A stretch of DNA of 64,000 bases. Origin: Octopus sinensis. Lineage: Eukaryota. The position numbers and the translations under genes were made by a program. Below are positions 25,492-38,748 of the stretch, one piece after another. The notes below the pieces were generated by a model that did not search any database, had not been told where the DNA came from, and was given only the letters and a program-made list of their open reading frames with translations. The stretch lies in assembly GCF_006345805.1 (NCBI RefSeq), contig NC_042999.1, forward strand, positions 161,758,001 through 161,822,000, written 5' to 3'. The number at the start of each line of letters is the position of its first letter. Position 1 is the first letter of the stretch.

Positions 25492-27132
25492 GTAAGAAAT
25501 ATACAATATTATTATATTTATGGACTTTAGTTCTATCCTTTCACATTCTGAATTCAAATCTGTTCCAGAGTTAACTTTCATCCTTAGATCAATAAACTAA
25601 ATGATAATCAAACATTGGGTTCATGTTATCAACTTCCCCTCAAATTTGTAGCCTTCTGTTTTTGTCAGAAATTATTCTAATTAGGATCATTAACCCAGAA
25701 GCACATTTTAAAATATATTTCGTTATGATTGTTAGCCCTGAGACTCAGCCGACTTAATCATCAAAGGTATTCTACTTATGACCATTTTATCTTTGTGTTC
25801 AAGCATAATGTATCTTGGACCACTTTATCCAATATTTTAATTCAGTAAAATGGGATTTAAGGAAGAAATGGCTGCTAATACTAGCTGGTTAAAAAATCAC
25901 AGTTAGTCTTTTTCATACCTCAGCCACTGAGATTTGTTAGGTATGTACACTGCATGCTTGAGAGTTTGAGCCATACACTTTAACCACATCTAGCCAGACC
26001 ATTGTGAGGCAGACTGCCATTTTTCATCCTAGATAATCCAATTGAAAATTTGAAAATTTGAAAATTCTGATATATTCCAGACATGTGGGATCAAGCCTTG
26101 ATCTAGTTGATACTATTTCATAGTGTCACTTATCTTGAGCCTTTTCATTAATTCTGTCACAGTGTGGGCTTAAATCTCTCTCGAAGACTTGGAGTGGCAC
26201 AGTTACTGAGTGATCTCCATTTCAGTGGGATGCTTCCTGCCAGAAATTCTCTCTTCTGTTTCATCAGATACTATCACTGTGTGTTGCATCTGTGATCCTC
26301 TTGTCTTTACTTGATCATAGCTCAGTATATTTTGAGCCTTTTTATGCACTTGTAGATCTTTTTACAGTGACGCTTTATTTCCAGAAATTCCACTTAATTA
26401 TATTTGGGTCAGCTGTCTTTGAGTCCATAAACCATTTCTGATCATTACACTTGTTTCTGTCATGTTGAGCCTCCTATCTTCCCTCTTGAGAGACTCTGCA
26501 GTTGTTGCTTACCATTGGTTCTCATGCCATGGTTAGAGTCTTTATGTGAGTGCTGGCTTCTTACACTCATACCAGTCTTCCATGGAGGCCATCTGTCTTT
26601 CCAGAATCACCAAGCTTTCTCAGCAGCCATCCAAACTTTCTTGGAAGTCACTGGTTGTCCAGAAATTATGAGAATTAATACATCAAAAAGAAGATGTCAA
26701 TATTCATGTGGTGTTTCTACCCTGAACTTTAACACCCACTTATTTGCAAGTCGGAAGCAGTGGTCAAATCATTGCCCACTCCCTCTTGCTTTATAACCAA
26801 CAAGTTCTTTCTGCTCCAGCTCTCATCCTTCTGGTGGCTGTCTTTCTTTGTTATTCAAAGGAATCATTGCTGCTGCTGCTGTTTTCTTTTAGTAGCTCTG
26901 ATCAGTTCTTTTCAAACAAACTCTGGCAGAAGCCAACAAAGCACTTAGAAGCAATCCACCTACACTTCTCCTGGGAACATGCGGCACCCCAGGGATAGAA
27001 AAACTGAAAGTTGTCACATTCATACATTTTCAAGGAAATTAACTGTGCAAGCTAAAGCAGAATCAAATGGCTCCATGTTGAGAAGAAAAAGCTAATCATA
27101 GACTTCTCTCATTGACTGCTTACTAGTATTCT

Positions 27133-27697
27133 GGAGGCGCAATGGCCCAGTGGTTAGGGCAGCGGACTCGCGGTCGTAGGATCGTGGTTTCGATTCCCAG
27201 ACCGGGCGTTGTGAGTGTTTATTGAGCGAAAACACCTAAAAGCTCCACGAGGCTCCGGCAGGGGATGATGGTGATCCCTGCTGTACTCTTTCACCACAAC
27301 TTTCTCTCACTCTTACTTCCTGTTTCTGTTGTACCTGTATTTCAAAGGGCCGGCCTTGTCACTCTCTGTGTCACGCTGAATATCTCCGAGAACTGCGTTA
27401 AGGGTGCACGTGCCTGTGGAGTGCTCAGCCACTTACACGTTAATTTCACGAGCAGGCTGTTCCGTTGATTCGGATCATCCGGAACCCTCGTCGTCGTAAC
27501 CGACGGAGTGCTTCCATTTCAAAGGGCCGGCCTTGTCACTCTCTGTGTCACGCTGAATATCCCCGAGAACTGCGTTAAGGGTACACTTGTCTGTGGAGTG
27601 CTCAGTCACTTACACGTTAATTTCACGAGCAGGCTGTTCCGTTGATTCGGATCATCCGGAACCTCGTCGTCGTGACCGACGGAGTGCTTCCACAACC
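27133..27697 (+). mobile_element. SINE family C with tandemly duplicated 3' half
   Basis: 8-bp TSD agtattct encloses the whole unit; about 27340-27516 is repeated at 27517-27692. Confidence 0.9.
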
Positions 27698-28050
27698 AGT
27701 ATTCTGTGGTATCAATTTCCAATTCATATTTTAGGCTTCAAATTTATGAACGACGAAGAATGGGATCTTATGATATTTATGACTTTTTTTTTTGTAAGCT
27801 TTTTACAAATAGATGAAAAATAGTTAAATTTCCACAAGGATAGTATGACAATCTTTTGCAAGTTTACAACAAGGAAAAGTGCTGCAGCAGAATGGAACTC
27901 AAGGACTTTGAGATGATCCATATCCATTCAGCTATTTCATCTTTCATGTAAAAACTATGAAATTGTTGAAATGACTTCAGCAACTAGGTACCCAACACCT
28001 GATAGTATACTCAGTTGTTTACAGGGGGGGGGTTCTTTTTTTTATTAGGT

Positions 28051-28447
28051 ACTAGCAGTATTGCCTGGCGTTGCTCGGGTTTGTAAGGGAAATAACTATA
28101 TAAGCATTTTTAGAGATGTAGAGTATAATAGCCATCTCAATATGGCTAACCACAAAGGGGGGGTGTTACTGTAGCTTTTTACGTTCTGAGATTTAATAAT
28201 AAATTTCTAGAAAGTTACTTCCCTTATATATGCCAAAAATGGATTAAAATGGGAAAAATTGATGGTAAATTTTTTTTTTAATCGTAGACTCATCGTAGAC
28301 GCGCGCTAATACCCAGAAGGGCTCGATATGAATCACGACTATAAGATACCCGGTTTTGGTTAAACTGCACCGCAAAATGTGGGAGTAGTTAGGAATCTAA
28401 ATCGAAGGGGACAGACAGCACACAACCTCACTTTTATATATAAAGAT
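28051..28447 (+). mobile_element. Helitron-like family H1 copy
   Basis: Same termini; inserted between T and T. Confidence 0.65.
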
Positions 28448-28504
28448 TGGCTTAAAAATCATCATTGCAACAAAATGTTTCTTTTTCTCTCGCTTTATTT
28501 TCAG

Positions 28505-28646
28505 AATTTTCAGTTTCAATGCAGGTGAGAGTAATGTACTAACATCCCTGATTAGTGACCCATTAACTGTGATGGGTAATCAACCACCAATATTCCTCCA
28601 GCCAAATTTCTGTTCTACTCCTGATTTACTTCAAGAAAAGAAAAGG
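28505..28646 (+). CDS. TTC16: TTC16-like protein, probable internal exon (phase 2 to 0)
   Basis: Long pyrimidine tract ending tttcAG, AGG/gtaagg donor, open frame in the required phase: IFSFNAGESNVLTSLISDPLTVMGNQPPIFLQPNFCSTPDLLQEKKR. Homology not recognised. Confidence 0.6.
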
Positions 28647-28730
28647 GTAAGGAATACAAGTTATTATAAACTTTGGTCCTTATTTTTTATCCTAAATGTT
28701 TTTGTGGCCCTTGTGGCCAATAAAGAAGAA

Positions 28731-28751
<21 letters not shown>

Positions 28752-28761
<10 letters not shown>

Positions 28762-28910
28762 TCTATGTTTGACTTTTGCTTTATATTTGTACAAGTTGGC
28801 TCCAAGTCTCACCCTGAGAATTCAAGAGACAACAGGTTGGAAGTTCACATTGTTGTTATGCCTAGTGTGCCATATATTTGGGGTTTTTTTTGGTGTTGTA
28901 CTAGTGAATG
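28752..28910 (-). mobile_element. Second, shorter R4/Dong 3' UTR copy
   Basis: Diverged duplicate of about 29175-29310 (gtacaagttggctccaagtctcaccc), embedded in (TAA)n. Confidence 0.75.
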
Positions 28911-28938
28911 TTTTATTATAATAATATTATTATTATTA

Positions 28939-28975
<37 letters not shown>

Positions 28976-28985
28976 GTTATTGTTA

Positions 28986-29050
<65 letters not shown>

Positions 29051-29174
29051 GTTATTCAGTAGTCTTATTTTTATTACATGCTTTCACTGCACTACTGAAT
29101 GCCTTGGGTATGTGCTGTGGTTTGTGGTGATGCTTTTATTTTCACTATTATCATTATTATCATTATTATTATTA

Positions 29175-29680
29175 TGTTTGACATTTGCTTTACATTTGTA
29201 CAAGTTGGCTCCAAGTCTCACCCAGAGACCTCAAAAGACAACAAGTTGGAAGTTCATGTTGGTGTTATGCCTAGGGTGCCATATATTTGGTTTTGTACAC
29301 CGTGTTGTTCTAGAGAATATTTAAGAAACCATAAGAAAATTATGTGTTTGTTTTAAAACTTGAGATTACATAGAAAGTATTTTGTGTAGGATATGGGCAG
29401 TTCTCATGAGCACTATCTTTTGAATTTCTGCCATTTTGGGGTTTCCTGGTATCTGAGCTAGGTAGCAATCAGCCCCTTTTGCTATCATTTCCAGGGCACC
29501 TATGGCAACAGGTATTGTTTTAGTCTTCAGGTTCCACATTTTGCTAATTTCTATTTCAAGATCTTTATATTTGCTCAGATTTTGGTAGGTCTTGACAGAT
29601 ACATTTATATCGATTGGGACAGTCATATCAACGAGGAGGCATGTTTTTTGTCTGAAGTCTTTCAATATGATGTCTGGCCT
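29175..29680 (-). mobile_element. R4/Dong-type LINE 3' end (restriction-like endonuclease tail)
   Basis: KTCLLVDMTVPIDINVSVK...KYKDLEIEISKMWNLKTKTIPVAIGAL; both ends in (TAA)n. Confidence 0.85.
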
Positions 29681-29681
29681 A

Positions 29682-29732
<51 letters not shown>

Positions 29733-29924
29733 TACCTTTATTATCATTTTTGTTATTATTAAGGTGGAGAGCTGGTAGAATCATTAGCACACTGGGCAAA
29801 ATGCTAAGTAGTATTTCATCCATCTTTACATTCTGAATTCAAATGCTGCTGTGGTCGACTTTGCATTCATCATTTCAGGGTTGATGAAATAAGTACCAGT
29901 TGACCCCTGTGGTCAATGTAATTC

Positions 29925-30390
29925 TATTGTTTCTTTAAAACAAATTTCATTGGGATTTTTGGACAATTACAGTAACGTTCATGCTCTAATGGAGCAAATT
30001 TTCACAATAACAATCTCACTTTTATTTCATCCAACCACAATTTGCAATCTTGCTTAAAAATTTCCTCGTACCTTCTGTAGTACGATGCAAAAGTTATGCT
30101 CTCCTCTGGGTTAAAACTGAATTCATTAATCGAGTTTGAAACTCTGTCTGGCAAAAATGAACTTGCCTCATTTTTGGACTTCTTTGAATATAACTCCAAT
30201 AGATGTTATTGTTGCTGTAATAGTTTCTTCTGCAACTCCTGCTGCTGGTCTTCTTGCTTTTGCAACTGTACTATCGAAGCTAATAGGTTTTTCATTATTT
30301 AACAAGTTGTATGACAAACAAATTGTTAAATAACCTACATGAGCTTTGAAACCCTCATCTCTAGATGTTGTAACTTTCTTTGTTATCTAT
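29925..30390 (-). mobile_element. Gypsy gag 5' fragment
   Basis: FSFNPEESITFASYYRRYEEIF...KVRLLL motif typical of invertebrate Gypsy gag. Confidence 0.7.
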
Positions 30391-30659
30391 ATAAAACAAA
30401 GGATTGTGTGTATGTGTGTCTGTGTCTGTGTGTAATGCGTATGCATTTCTACAGGTTTCAACTGATTTTCACCAAACTTTACACACATATATTATTTATG
30501 TAGCATGGATGGTCATGCACTATAACATTTTGTGCAGAGACCCCGCATAATGCAAGAAACCAACCATAAAAAAGACCTTTTCGCAAGGGTTTTCTCTAAA
30601 AACTGCAGTTTTCAACCGATTCTCTCCCTTCGACTTCTGCAATTTTCAAGTGATTCTCT

Positions 30660-30750
<91 letters not shown>

Positions 30751-31559
30751 TTTTCTCTCTCTCTCTCTCTCTCTGAAAATTTACTTCAGTGTATTTCAGT
30801 GTGTAAATACCTTTGTCTTCCCACTATTTGTATGTTCTCCCTACAGCATTACTTTATTTCTTTTAAATTTTTTGCACAACATTTATTTAAATGCTCTGTT
30901 TACATTTCTCCCGCTATTGAAAACCTTTGTGTAATATTGTTTCACTTTTATGTGTGTGTTTGCACATTCAATACGTATGGGATAGTAAAGGATGTTTCAA
31001 ACTATGACAACAATGACATCAGATTATGAGTGTGTATGCGTCTCTGAGTGTATGAGTGTGTATGTGTGTGTGTGTGCATGTGTTTCCACATTAGGAATGT
31101 TATCAAACATGCACACACACATCTATACATTCATATACACGTGTGACGACTGACATGTGTGAATGTATGTCTGTATGTGTCTCTTTTACTATATGTATGT
31201 GACTTTATGTGAGAGTGTATGTGCGCATATCATCACATTTTGTATATGAATGTGTATGTGTCTGTGAGTATGTGTGTGTTTGCATGCCCATTACGCATGT
31301 TATTGAACACACGCATACATCTACACAAACTCTTGACAAAAAGCATTTATGTGGAACGTCCAAGTTATATAAAAATGAACATCTACCATTCAATTAACAG
31401 TTCATAATTATCACAGCAGTTGCAAGGTATTTCCAATTTGCTTATATTTGGTTAATTTACACTGCATACAAAAATATAGATACATACAACTGCTTACAAA
31501 AATAGAGGTTAATGTATATTTTTTTTTTCCATGTACATAATTTTTTGTTTAAAATATAG

Positions 31560-31643
31560 AAAAAAAATATGCCACCAAAGGAAAAACATAATCTCTCTGG
31601 AAACACCTATAAAACAAGGAGGAGTGCAGAAAACCGAAGGTGA
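31560..31643 (+). CDS. TTC16: TTC16-like protein, candidate terminal coding exon
   Basis: T-rich tract then tatAG; phase-0 frame KKNMPPKEKHNLSGNTYKTRRSAENRR*. The stop overlaps a possible donor AG/GTGAGA; AATAAA near 32184. Confidence 0.4.
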   Translation, partial: KKNMPPKEKHNLSGNTYKTRRSAENRR

Positions 31644-32100
31644 GAGTCTCAAGACATTAGGGACATGAGATTTTCTCAACATCAGCAAAGGTATGCTGCA
31701 CCTCATCAGATGGATTCTCAATACAGAAGGGACATGACACTTTCCAAAGGTCACCAAACGTATGTTGCAGCACATCAAATACTATCTCAAGAGAGAAGGG
31801 AGATGAGACTTTCTCAAGATCAGCAAAGGCTTGTTGCAGCACTTAATGCTGAACCATTAAAATGATGTTTAGCATGCCACATTACACAGAGGTCCAATAG
31901 AATAGCTCTCAGAAACAGATCATGTACAAATTCGTTCTTCACAACACCTGGAGCTGCTTTCATATATGATCCATCCCATTCTTATAAAAATGATAATTCT
32001 GTCTAAATTCTTGTGTTAAACTCAAATTATCGTTAATGCAAAGCTTTGACATTTATTTCACAAATGTTTTGTCAGCAATGTTGCACTTCTCTGTATCAAC

Positions 32101-32410
32101 TGTTTCAACATGAATGTAATATATATATACAAACTATGCTGTTTTAATTCCGAACAATGCCAGATATCTCAGTTGGTGTACAATAAATAAGATAACCAGA
32201 CAACAGTAAAAACAATGTAACAAACTAACAAATCTCTTTATGAGCCAACAATCAATATTCCCTGTGAACTAACCAACCAACTTCACTGCGAACTAACACA
32301 AAATTCACTCAGCTTTGAACTCTGAACGTTGAACTTACTCGGATCGTTACTATTTATTCTTTACTCAGACCAATCTATCTCTTGCAAGAGGGCATCGTAA
32401 CTCTCATCAT
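32101..32410 (-). mobile_element. Possible LTR remnant
   Basis: TG...CA-like ends and composition similar to the LTR at 51928; no TSD found. Confidence 0.3.
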
Positions 32411-32411
32411 A

Positions 32412-33800
32412 ACAGAGAGGAAGTCAAAAATTATCCGCATTTCCAGCATAACATATCTCTATTGTTGTCACACTGCCTTCTGTGTGCTTATTGTTTCTTT
32501 AAAACAAATTTAAAACATGAGGTACTATTGTAGTCAGATGATTGAAGTTTGAGCCTGATCATGCCATATTTCTTTCTGGCTTTACATGGCTCCTCCACTA
32601 GCAATGTCTATCAAAGAAGAACAAAGAGCAATGGTCTGATTTCTCTGGTCAGACGGTGTATCAGGTGCTGAAAAATCATCCACAATGAGCTTGGCTTCTA
32701 TAAAGTCTGTGTAAGATTGGTGCCAAGAGAGCACAAGTGTAAATGCCTTGAGGTCTGCCAACATTTACTCGATCACTACAACAATGAAGACGAGGAATTT
32801 TTGAGCAGAACAGTCACAGGAGATGAAATGTTGGTCCCAGTGGTTATGAGGCAGAATCCAAATGACAGAGTATGGAGTGGAAACATCCTGGCTCACCAGC
32901 GATTGAAGAAATTCAAGGCTCAGTCTTCCACAGGAAAGGTGATGCTAACCCTTTTTTGGGACTCAAAAGGGCCAATACTGGAACACTGCCTCTGAAAGGG
33001 GTGTACGATCAATGGTGCCAGATACAGTGCTTTGCTGGCCAAGAAACTGAAGCCAGCAATTTGCACCAAACACCGAAGCCTATTGTTGAAAAAAGTTTTG
33101 TTGTTGCATGACAACACCTGCTCACACACAGCCACCCAGACCATTGAAATCATTAACCAATCATGCTAAAAGTCTCCAATGAACTTCAGCACCTGACACA
33201 CCTTCTAACAAGAGAAATCGGATCACTTTTCTTTGTTCTTCTTTGGTGCACATTACTAGTGGAGCAGGTTTGCTTACACTGTAAAGCCAGAAAAGAAATG
33301 GTGCAATCAGGTTCAAACTTTATAATAATAATAATAATAATAATAATAATTGTGTACAGTGCTCAGGTGCACTACAACTCATCTAAGTGTATATATAATC
33401 AGGTGTAGTTTCGGCAGATTTCGGAAAGCATGAGGGCCTTAAAGGATGCAGTGTCATGGCAGTCAACAACTGACGCAGGCAGTTTATTCCATGCTTCCGC
33501 AACTCTGAGCGTGAAAAAATGTTTCCGAAAGTCATGGGAGCTGTGTTGTTGTTGGTGAGGTGGTTGATAACTTTGTGGGTGTTTACCAAGTCCGTCGCCA
33601 GACGCCAGAGTTTCAGTGAATCCATGCCCAGGGAAACAAGGTGCTCAGAATATGGTAGGTGTCTGATGGAGGGTATGCGTTTGGTTGCACGTCTCTGGAC
33701 CACAATATTACCAACTATAAACATCCATGTGCAGAAGGCAGTGTGACAATAATAAAGATATGTTATGGCAAAAGTGTGGATAATTTTTGACTTCCCCTTG
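32412..33800 (+). mobile_element. Mariner element with about 75-bp inverted ends
   Basis: gaggaagtcaaaaattatccgca... / ...tgtggataatttttgacttccccttg(TA); transposase pieces EEFLSRTVTGDE, QSMEWKHPGSP, LLLHDN. Confidence 0.85.
33322..33730 (-). mobile_element. CR1-group LINE 3' end, inserted in a mariner
   Basis: VQRRATKRIPSIRHLPYSEHLVSLGMDSLKLWRL; (ATT)n tail. Confidence 0.75.
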
Positions 33801-34650
33801 TACTTGACAACTGGTGTTGGTTTGTTTATGTCCCCATAACTTAGCAGTTTGGCCTAAGAGAACAAAAGACACATCAGACAAAATACTTAGCAGTATTTCT
33901 TCCTGCTCTTTACTTTATAAGTTCAGATTCTGTCAAGGTAGACGTTACTTTTCTTCCTTTTGGGGTCGATAAAACAAGTACTCATTGAGCAGTGGGTCAA
34001 TGTAATCACCTAACCACTTCACCCTAATTTCAAACTTTGTGCCCTTGTTAGAAACAATTGTGTCAAAATTAGAAAAAAATTATCATCACTATCATCACCA
34101 CCACCACCACCACCACCATCACCAGCTGTTAAGAAATTACATATGCTGATTTAAAATTTAGTCATTACACAGATGTTATATTTTTGGCATTATTGTGTCG
34201 GGGACATGTCAGCCTGGCAAAACCAATCCTCTTTTAGAAAGCATGTCTACATATGAGCTTACTCTGCTAGTTACACTCTACCACTGATTCTCAATGTCCA
34301 GAAAGAAATAGAATACAGTCAGCTTGCCAGCATTTAAATGTATGTATTGGCTAGACATTTAAATAGTTGAAAAAAGTTTGAATCATACACCTATTGTAGT
34401 GTTGTTGCTATAGAAACATGAAACCAAGAGTTGTACAAGGGACCTTTAACCTTGTTCAGCTGGTTGTTGGGTTTGGAGTACTAAACCAATTTTGGTAAAT
34501 ATTGATATAGTATAAAATGAGGTAAATAAACAAGAGAAGAGAAAAGAAGAGAGAAATGAGATATGGGAACAGTGACAAAGATATAGAGGATGAAAGAGAG
34601 AGAAAGACAGAGAGAGAGAAAACAGAGAGGAGAGAGGGAGAGAAAACAGG

Positions 34651-34682
<32 letters not shown>

Positions 34683-34993
34683 AAGTTTAAAAAACCAAAG
34701 AATGGCTGATGGTACATGAGTTTTGTATGATATAGGGGTTTATGTTACAATTGTTCCTCAGGTTTTTGTCAACTAATCATTCTTATGTTACACTTAGCCT
34801 CACCTTTTTGAATCTTGTCAGGTATTTTTCAAGAAATCCATGTGTATGTATTGTATGTGTTTGCAAGTGTTTATGTGTCTGTATGTATACGTACATAATT
34901 TCATGTGTGTGTCGATGGTGATGGTAATAGCAGTTAATTTTCCAACTGGACAAAGGAAACTATGATTTCATTGCTTTTTCCAATGCTGACTAT

Positions 34994-35528
34994 ATCTTTA
35001 TATATAAAAGTGAGGTTGTCTGCTGTCTGTCTCCTACGATTTAGATTCCTAACTACTCCCACATTTTGCGGTGCAGTTTAACCATAGTCGTGATTCATGT
35101 TGTAGTCTCTCAGCAATTCTGGAAGGCCATATCTTTATATATAAAAGTGAGGTTGTCTGCTGTCTGTCTCCTACGATTTAGATTCCTAACTACTCCCACA
35201 TTTTGCGGTGCAGTTTAACCAAAACCGGGTATCTTATAGTCGTGATTTATATCGAGCCCTTCTGGGTATTAGCGTGCGTCTACGATGAGTCTACGATTTA
35301 AAAAAAAATTTACCATCAATTTTTCCCATTTTTAATGCATTTTTGGCATATGTAAGGGAAGTAACTCTCTAAAAATTTATTATTAAATATCAGAACGTAA
35401 AAAGCTACAGTAACACCCCCCCTTTGTGGTTAGCCATATTGAGATGGCTATTATACTTTACATCTCTAAAAATGCTTATATAGTTATCTCCCTTACAAAC
35501 CCGAGCAACGCCGGGCGATACTGCTAGT
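34994..35528 (-). mobile_element. Helitron-like family H1: full copy (35131-35528) plus duplicated 3' end (34994-35098)
   Basis: atctttatatataaaagtgaggttgtctgc occurs twice, 137 bp apart. Confidence 0.65.
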
Positions 35529-35689
35529 CTTTATATACAAGAAATACACAGACACACACATCAACTTCATCATCATTTTAATGTTCAGCTCTCTATGCTT
35601 GCATAAGTCAAACAGAATTCATTCACCAGATTATCTACTGTCTGATGCACTCTCTGTTAATAACATTCGATTGTTCCCACATATATATT

Positions 35690-36620
<931 letters not shown>

Positions 36621-36656
36621 GTGTTTATATATTTGTTTGTATGTATAACTGGTACT

Positions 36657-36930
36657 CTATCGCTTACGACAGCAATGGAACAGCCTGCCTACTCATGAAA
36701 TTGACATGCAAGTGGCTGAGCACTCCACAGACATGTGTACCCTTAACATAGTTCTCAGGGAGATTCAGCATAACACAGAATGTGACAAGGTTGACCCTTT
36801 GAAACTACTCATTTTTACCAGCTGAGTGGAGTGGAGCAATGTGAAATAAGGTGTCTTGCTCAAGGACACAACATGCCACCAGGAATTGAACTCACAACTC
36901 TATAATTTTGAGCTGAATACCCTAACCACT
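36657..36930 (-). mobile_element. Hybrid SINE (D/C type), older copy
   Basis: Same module order as 63243-63572. Confidence 0.75.
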
Positions 36931-37064
36931 GTCTGTATGTATATATTGTAAGAAATGGGTGGAATAGGTGACTGGGGTAGTTAGAATATGTGATAGGATT
37001 ATTAAACTAAGAATAGTTTTGTATAGTGTATAGTAGCAACATTTATCTTTACACACACACCACA

Positions 37065-38595
37065 CACCAGAGTGGCAGATGAACGGAAGGACCATTTCTA
37101 TGAAATTTTACAGACTACCTCGATGATGAAAGACGGCAACGTTAGTATGGCTGGTGATTTCGATGGTCATGTTGGGCAGCACTCCAATCGATTTCATGGT
37201 GTGCATGGAGGTTACAGTTTTATTGGTAGGAATGAGAAGGAAACAAGGCTGCTGGAGTTTGGTGATGCAGATGACTTGCTAGTCTGCAATACTAACTTCA
37301 GGAAAACTACCAGATATCTGATCAATTTGTGGGGTACATAAGCCAGATTAACTACATTCTCACCAGAAACAGGGATAGACAGATGCTTTTGAATGCAAAG
37401 TTCTTTCGTGAGTGAAGAATAATTTAGAGACATAGATTCAGAGACATTTTAAACGAAGCATTTGATGAAGAGGAGGAAGAGATAGAGACCTAAAATAGAG
37501 GACAACTGAAAGTTCTTACAGGATAACCTACAGAAGGTGACAGACAAAATTAGTTGCTGGAGCCAAGCTTCTACCAAACCAAACCAAACCAAACCAAAGG
37601 TGACATGGTGGCAGAACAATGAAGTTGACAGGACCATAAAAGAGAAGAGACGGGTTTGGAAAAAGTGAAAAAGTGGAAGTAGCAAAGAACTTGTAGTGAT
37701 GCTGCTGTGTAAGGTTCAGCACACATGCGCAGAATGGGATTACTTCCGGTCTTCCCCATGCGCATGTGCGGGAAACTGACCCCTAAAACACGGTTTGCTC
37801 GTTCATCCCTTCTGGCCCTAGCAGCCCTCGTGAACGGACATGTACAGGCAGTCTCTGAGGACTTCATACCTACCAAGCAGCGAACCACGATGAATCATTT
37901 CGACCAACAAACAAGAATCAGTACTACAGATTTGGCTGTCGGTTTCCCTCCAGAGAACACGTGCACCAGTTCTACATTACGACGAGAAATAAACACCATT
38001 TTTGCTGTGTTCGTAGATTGCCTGACTTGTCTGTTATTTTAACTAAAATTGAATGTGACAGGATCAGATCGGACACCCCTCCAGTGATACCGAATCTAGA
38101 TCCTGTTACAAACTAACTGGTGGTAGCTAAAAAGCTGAAAGAATGATGTGTTACAGTGCGAAGATCAGAGACTTGAGGAGTTGTGGATTGCTGGACAATG
38201 TATCAGAAGTGTATATGGATGGGTAATATGTTTGGTTTTAGTGACCCTGAAAAGAAAGAGGGGTGGAAGGGCTACATTGAAAGGTTATCAAATGTAGAGA
38301 ATATATGGGAAAAAGAATGTCTTCCCAATGTGAACCCCAACACTAGCTATTCTAGTTGGCAGCAGTATGATAGATAAAGCAGTTAAGGATATGAAGACAG
38401 AGAAAGCCTCTGGTCCATTGGGTATTAGCTTTGAAATGCTTAAAATATCTGGCAGTGTAGGATACAGTTAGATTACATGTATAGTTAATCAGGTTGTTCA
38501 GAAAGGAATCACTAGGGTAGCAGCATTATAGTCAGTTGTTAAAAGGGTAACAAGAAATGCCTTACATAAAAGTAATTAAAGATGTATCAAATTAC
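37065..38595 (+). mobile_element. Decayed RTE LINE (endonuclease and linker), interrupted by a solo LTR
   Basis: AGDFDGHVG...RNEKETRLLEFGDADDLLVCNTNFRK (APE domain), later KASGPLGI-type linker; colinear with the copy at 61140-63242. Confidence 0.75.
37692..38110. mobile_element. Solo LTR (419 bp)
   Basis: TGT...ACA termini, 4-bp target duplication AACT (37688-37691 and 38111-38114), internal AATAAA, CpG-rich relative to flanks. Confidence 0.75.
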
Positions 38596-38639
38596 TGGAC
38601 ATATAACTGTATGTGTGTGTGTGTATCTATGTGTATGTG

Positions 38640-38693
<54 letters not shown>

Positions 38694-38704
38694 GCTGGTT
38701 TACA

Positions 38705-38748
38705 GGATTACCTTAGGTTTCCTGTCCATATGGTGTATCATCAGATCC
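38705..38748 (-). ncRNA. Hammerhead ribozyme motif in the inverted PLE terminal repeat (weak stem II)
   Basis: Minus strand ggat CTGATGA tacaccatatggacag GAAAC ctaag GTA atcc. Core, stem I and 3-bp stem III are present; stem II has only cc/gg well paired. Confidence 0.6.

Larger units (their letters stand above)
28730..29760. repeat. (TAT)n microsatellite blocks hosting R4/Dong fragments
   Basis: Runs at about 28730-28750, 28915-29050, 29150-29175 and 29685-29760. Confidence 0.9.

Noticed and set aside
26040-26990. Possible decayed non-LTR or DNA transposon coding remnant
   Set aside because: No diagnostic motif could be recovered by eye in any frame.
29925-29947. 23-nt exact match to 32489-32511
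   Set aside because: Very AT-rich, in unrelated elements (Gypsy gag versus mariner); probably chance.
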